DNA from: the human T2T-CHM13v2.0 reference genome, Homo sapiens
Length of the DNA stretch: 64,000 bases
Assembly: GCF_009914755.1 (NCBI RefSeq)
Contig: NC_060930.1
Reading direction: 5' to 3' (one strand)
A program made the translations under genes and the position numbers. Under the pieces are notes generated by a model, which was not told where the DNA came from, made no database searches, and saw only the letters and a program-made list of their open reading frames with translations. This document shows, piece by piece, positions 55,290 through 64,000 of this stretch. The first letter of the stretch is position 1; every line of letters starts with the position of its first letter.

Positions 55290-57848
55290 TTTGATCTGTT
55301 GATAGTTTCTTTTGCTGTGCAGAAGCTCTTTAATTTAGTTAGATCCCATTTGTCAATTTTTGCTTTTGATGCTATTGTTTTTGGCATGTATGTCATGAAA
55401 TCTTTGCCAATTCCTATGACCAGAATGGTATTGCCTAGGTTGCTTTCCAGGGTTTATTTAGTTTGGAGTTTTACATTTACGTCTTCAACAAATCTTGAGT
55501 TGATTATGGTATAAGGAAGGGGTCTAATTTCAGTCTTTTGCATATGGCTAGCCAGTTATCCCAACATCATTTATTGTATAGGGAGTCCTTACCCCATAAC
55601 TTGTTTTTGTCAACTTTGTCAAAGATTAGATGGTTGTAGGTGTACAGCATTATTTCTGGGCTTCCTATTCCATTTCACTGGTCTATGTTCATGTTTTTGT
55701 ACCAGTACCATGCTGTTTTTGTGACTGTAGCCCTGTAGTATAGTTTCACATTGAGTAACAAGATGCCTACAGCTTTCTTCTTTTTGCTTAGGATTGCCTT
55801 GGTTATTCGGGCTCTTACTTGGTTCCATATGAATTTTAAAATTTTCTGTGAAATGACATTCTGTGAAAAATGTCATTGGTTGGATAGGAATAGAATGAAA
55901 TCTGTAAATTGATTTGGCAGTATGACCATTTTAACAATATTGACTCTTCCTATTTATAAGCATGAAATATTTTTCCATTTGTTTGTGTCAACTCTGATTT
56001 CATTGAGCAGTGGTTTGTAATTCTCATTGGAAAGATCTTTCACCTCCCTGGTTAGCTGTATTCCTAGGTATTTTATACTTTTGTGGAAATTGTGAGTGGG
56101 ATTGTGTTCCTAATTTGGCTCTTGGCTTGGCTGTTGTTGATGCATAAGAATGTTACTGATTTTTGTATATTAATTTTGTATCCTGAGACTTTGCTGAAGT
56201 TGTTTATCAGCAAGAAGATTTTGGGCTGAGACTATGGGGTTTCCCAGCTATAGAATGATGTCATTTGCAAACAGGGATAGTTTGACTCTCTTCATATTTG
56301 GATGTCCTTTATTTCTTTCTCTTACCTGACTGCCCTGGCCAGGACTTCAAATGCTATGTTAAACAGGAGTAGTGAGAGAGCACATCCTGTCTTGTGCCAG
56401 TATTCAAAAAGAATGTTTCTAGCTTTTGCCCATTCAATACGGTGTTGGCTGTGGGTTTGTTGTAGATGGTTCTTTTTGTTTTGAGGTATGTTCCTTCAAT
56501 ACCTAGTTTATTGAGAGTTTTTAACATGAAGCGATGTTGAATTTTATTGAAAGCCTTTCCTGCACCTATTGAGATAATGATGTGGTTTTTGTCTTTAGTT
56601 CTGTTTATGGGATGAATCACATTTATTGATTTGCATATGTTGAACCAACCTTGCATCACATGGATAAAGGCTGTTTGATTATGGTGCATTAGCTTTCTGA
56701 TGTGATGCTGGATTCAATTTGCTAGTATTTTGTTGAGGATTTCTGCATTGATGTTCATTAAGAATATTGATCTGAAGTTTCTTTGTTGTCGTTGTGTCTC
56801 TGACACATTTTGATATCGGTATGATGCTAGCCTAATTGAATGAATTGGGGAGGAGTCCCTCCTTCTCAATTTTTTGGAAACATTTCGGTAGGGATGATAC
56901 CAGCTCTTCTTTGCCCATATGGTAGAATTCTGCTGTGAATCCATCTGGTCTTGGGCTTTTGTTGGTTGGTAGGCTATTTATTACTGATTCAATTTTGGAG
57001 TTCATTATTGGTATGTTCAGGCTTTCAATTTCTTCCTGGTTCAGTTTTGAGAGGTTGTATGTGTCCTGGAATTTATCTATCTCTTCTAGGTTCTCTAGTT
57101 TGTGTGCATAGAGGTGTTGAAACTAGTCTCTGATGGTTATTTGCATTTCTGTGGGGTCAGTGGTAAACACACCTTTGGTCATTTCTAATTGTGTTTATTT
57201 GGAACTTCTCTCTCTTTTTCTCTATTAGTCTAGCTAGCATTCTATCTTTTGTTTTTCTCAAAAAACCCACTCCTGAATTTACTGATTTTTTGAATGGTTT
57301 TTTATATCTCAATTTTCTTCAGTTCAGCTCTGAATTGTGTTGTATCTTATCTTCTGCTAGCTTGGAGGTGGTTTGCTCTTGCTTTAATAGTTCTTTTTCT
57401 TGTGATGTTAGATTGCTAATTTGAGATCTTTCTAACTTTTTGATGTAGGCATTTCATGCTATAAATCTCCCTCTTAACACTGCCTTAGCCATGTCCCTGA
57501 GATTCTGGTATGTTGTATCTTTGTTCTCATTAGTTTCAAATAACTTCTTGATTTCCGACTTCATTTCATTATTTAACCAAAAGTTATTCAGAAGCAAGTT
57601 GTTTAATTTCCTTGTAAATGTACAGTTTTGAGCAATTTCCTTTGTCTTGATTTCTATTTTTATTGTGCTGTGGTTTGAGAGACTATTATGATTTCAGTTC
57701 TTTTGCACTTGCTGAGGATTGTTCTATGTCCAACAGTGTGCTCAATTTTAGAGACTGTCCCATGTGGCAATAAGAAGAATGTATATTCTGTTGCTTTGTG
57801 CTGGAAAGTTCTCTAGGTGTCAATCAGGTCCACTTGATCCAGTGCTGA

Positions 57849-59137
<1,289 letters not shown>

Positions 59138-60051
59138 AAGATTCTGAATATCTTTGTTAATTTTCTGCCTCAATGATCTAATACTGTCAGGGGAGTCCTG
59201 GAGTCTCCCACTATTTTTGTATGAGAGTCTAAGCCTCTTTGAAGGTCTCTAAGAACTTGCTTTATGAATCTGGGTGCTCCTGTGTTGGGTAAATATACAT
59301 TTAGGATAGTTCGATCTTCTTGTTGAATTGAGCCCTTTACCATTATATAATACCCTTGTCTTTTCTGATAATTTTTGACTTAAATATTGTTTTTTCTGAC
59401 ATTAGGATTGCAACCCGCTGCTATTTTCAGTTTTCCATTTGTTTGGTAGACTTTTCCCCATCCCTTTATTTTGACCCCATGGGCGACACTGCTTGTGAGA
59501 TAGGTCTCTTGAAGACAACATACCAGTGAGTCTTGGTTCTTTATCCAGCTTGCCACTATGTGTCTTTTCTGTAATTGGGGCATTTAGTCCATTTACATTT
59601 AAGGTTAATATTGTCATGTGTAGATTTGATTTTGTCATCATGATGTTAGCTGGTTATTTTGCAGACTTGTTTATGTGGTTGTTTTATAGTGTCACTGGTC
59701 TGTGCACCTCAATGTGTTTTTGTCATGACTGATGGTGGTTTTTCCTTACCATATTTAGTGTTCCTTCAGGAGCTTTTGTAAGGCAGATCTGATGATAACA
59801 AATTCCCTCAGAAATGGCTTATCTGAAAAAGATCTTATTTCTCCTTCACTTATGAAGCCTAGTTTGTCCAGACATAAAATTCTTTGTTGGAATTTATTTT
59901 AAGAATGTTAGAAATAGGCCCCCAATCTCTTCTGGCTTGTAAGGTTTCTGTTGAGAGGTCCATTGTCAGTCTGATGGGCTTTATTTTGTAGGTGACTTGT
60001 TCTTTCTCTCTAACCATCTTTAACATTTTTTCTTTCATTTCAACCTTGGAG

Positions 60052-60087
60052 AATCTAATGATTATGTGTAATCTAATGATTATGTGT
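60052..60087. repeat. Perfect 18-bp tandem duplication in L1 ORF1
   Basis: AATCTAATGATTATGTGT x2 (HIIIRL HIIIRF). Confidence 0.95.
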
Positions 60088-60767
60088 CTTTGAGACAACC
60101 TTCTTCTGAAGTATCTTCAGGGGTTCTCAACATTCCCTGAATTTAAATGTTGGCATCTTCCACAAGGTGGGAAATTTCTTATGGATGATATCCTGAACTA
60201 TGTTTTGCAGGTTGCTTCCATTCTCATCTCTTTCAGGGACACCAATGAGTCATAGACTTGTTCTCGTTACATAATCCCATATTTTTTGGAGGTATGTTTA
60301 TTCCTTTTCATTCCTTTTTCTTTATTCTTGTCTGACTACCTTATTTCTGAAAGCCAGTATTCAGGCTCTCAGATTCTTTCCTCATCTTGATCTATTCTAC
60401 TTTTAAAACTTGTGATTGCATTATGAACTTCTTATACTGTTTTCAACTCTAACAGGTTGGTTATGTTCTTTTCTACAGTGGCTATTTTGTCTGTCAGCTC
60501 CTCTATCATTTATTGTGATTCTTAGCTTTCTTGGATTGAGTTTTACCTGAATCCCAATGATGTCATTTCTATCCATATTCTGAACTCTATTTCTCTCATT
60601 TCAGACATCTGAGCCTGGATAAGAACTCTTGTTAGAGAACTAGTGTCATCATTTAGAGGAGAGAAGACACTCTGACTTTTTGAGTGTCAGAGTTCTTGCC
60701 CTGGTTCTTTCTCATATTGGTGTGCTGACAGCCCTTCAATCATTTAAGTTTTTGTCCTTTGGGTGGG

Positions 60768-64000
<3,233 letters not shown>

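Overview
Primate genomic DNA, probably ape or human (it contains an L1PA3-type element), AT-rich and about 85-90% transposable element by eye. There is no intact protein-coding gene, RNA gene or CRISPR array; nearly every ORF in the track is a LINE-1, MaLR or Alu remnant. The window is a layered stack of L1s (old L1M, L1MA2, L1PB, L1PA16 to L1PA3), MaLR/ERVL LTRs (THE1A, THE1D, a complete MST element, MLT1/MLT2), DNA-transposon fossils (MER1B, MER45, MER47), MIRs and Alus; several have readable target-site duplications (TSDs). The main non-repeat signal is in three islands of unique sequence (~11.0-12.2, 30.2-30.9 and 37.7-40.1 kb). They carry minus-strand splice sites and decayed reading frames with RGS-domain-like motifs, which suggests a dead multi-exon RGS22/RGSL1-like gene whose largest exon is cut by an L1PB. 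Other notable points: a twin-primed L1 with an apparent 3' transduction, neighbouring L1s sharing private disabling mutations (possible local gene conversion), L1 5'UTRs with and without the ZNF93-escape deletion, an open 169-aa ORF0-type frame pointing at the fossil exons, a spacer-less L1/L1 quasi-palindrome and templated repair scars. Subfamily names and protein-family similarities come from recalled consensus features, not database searches.
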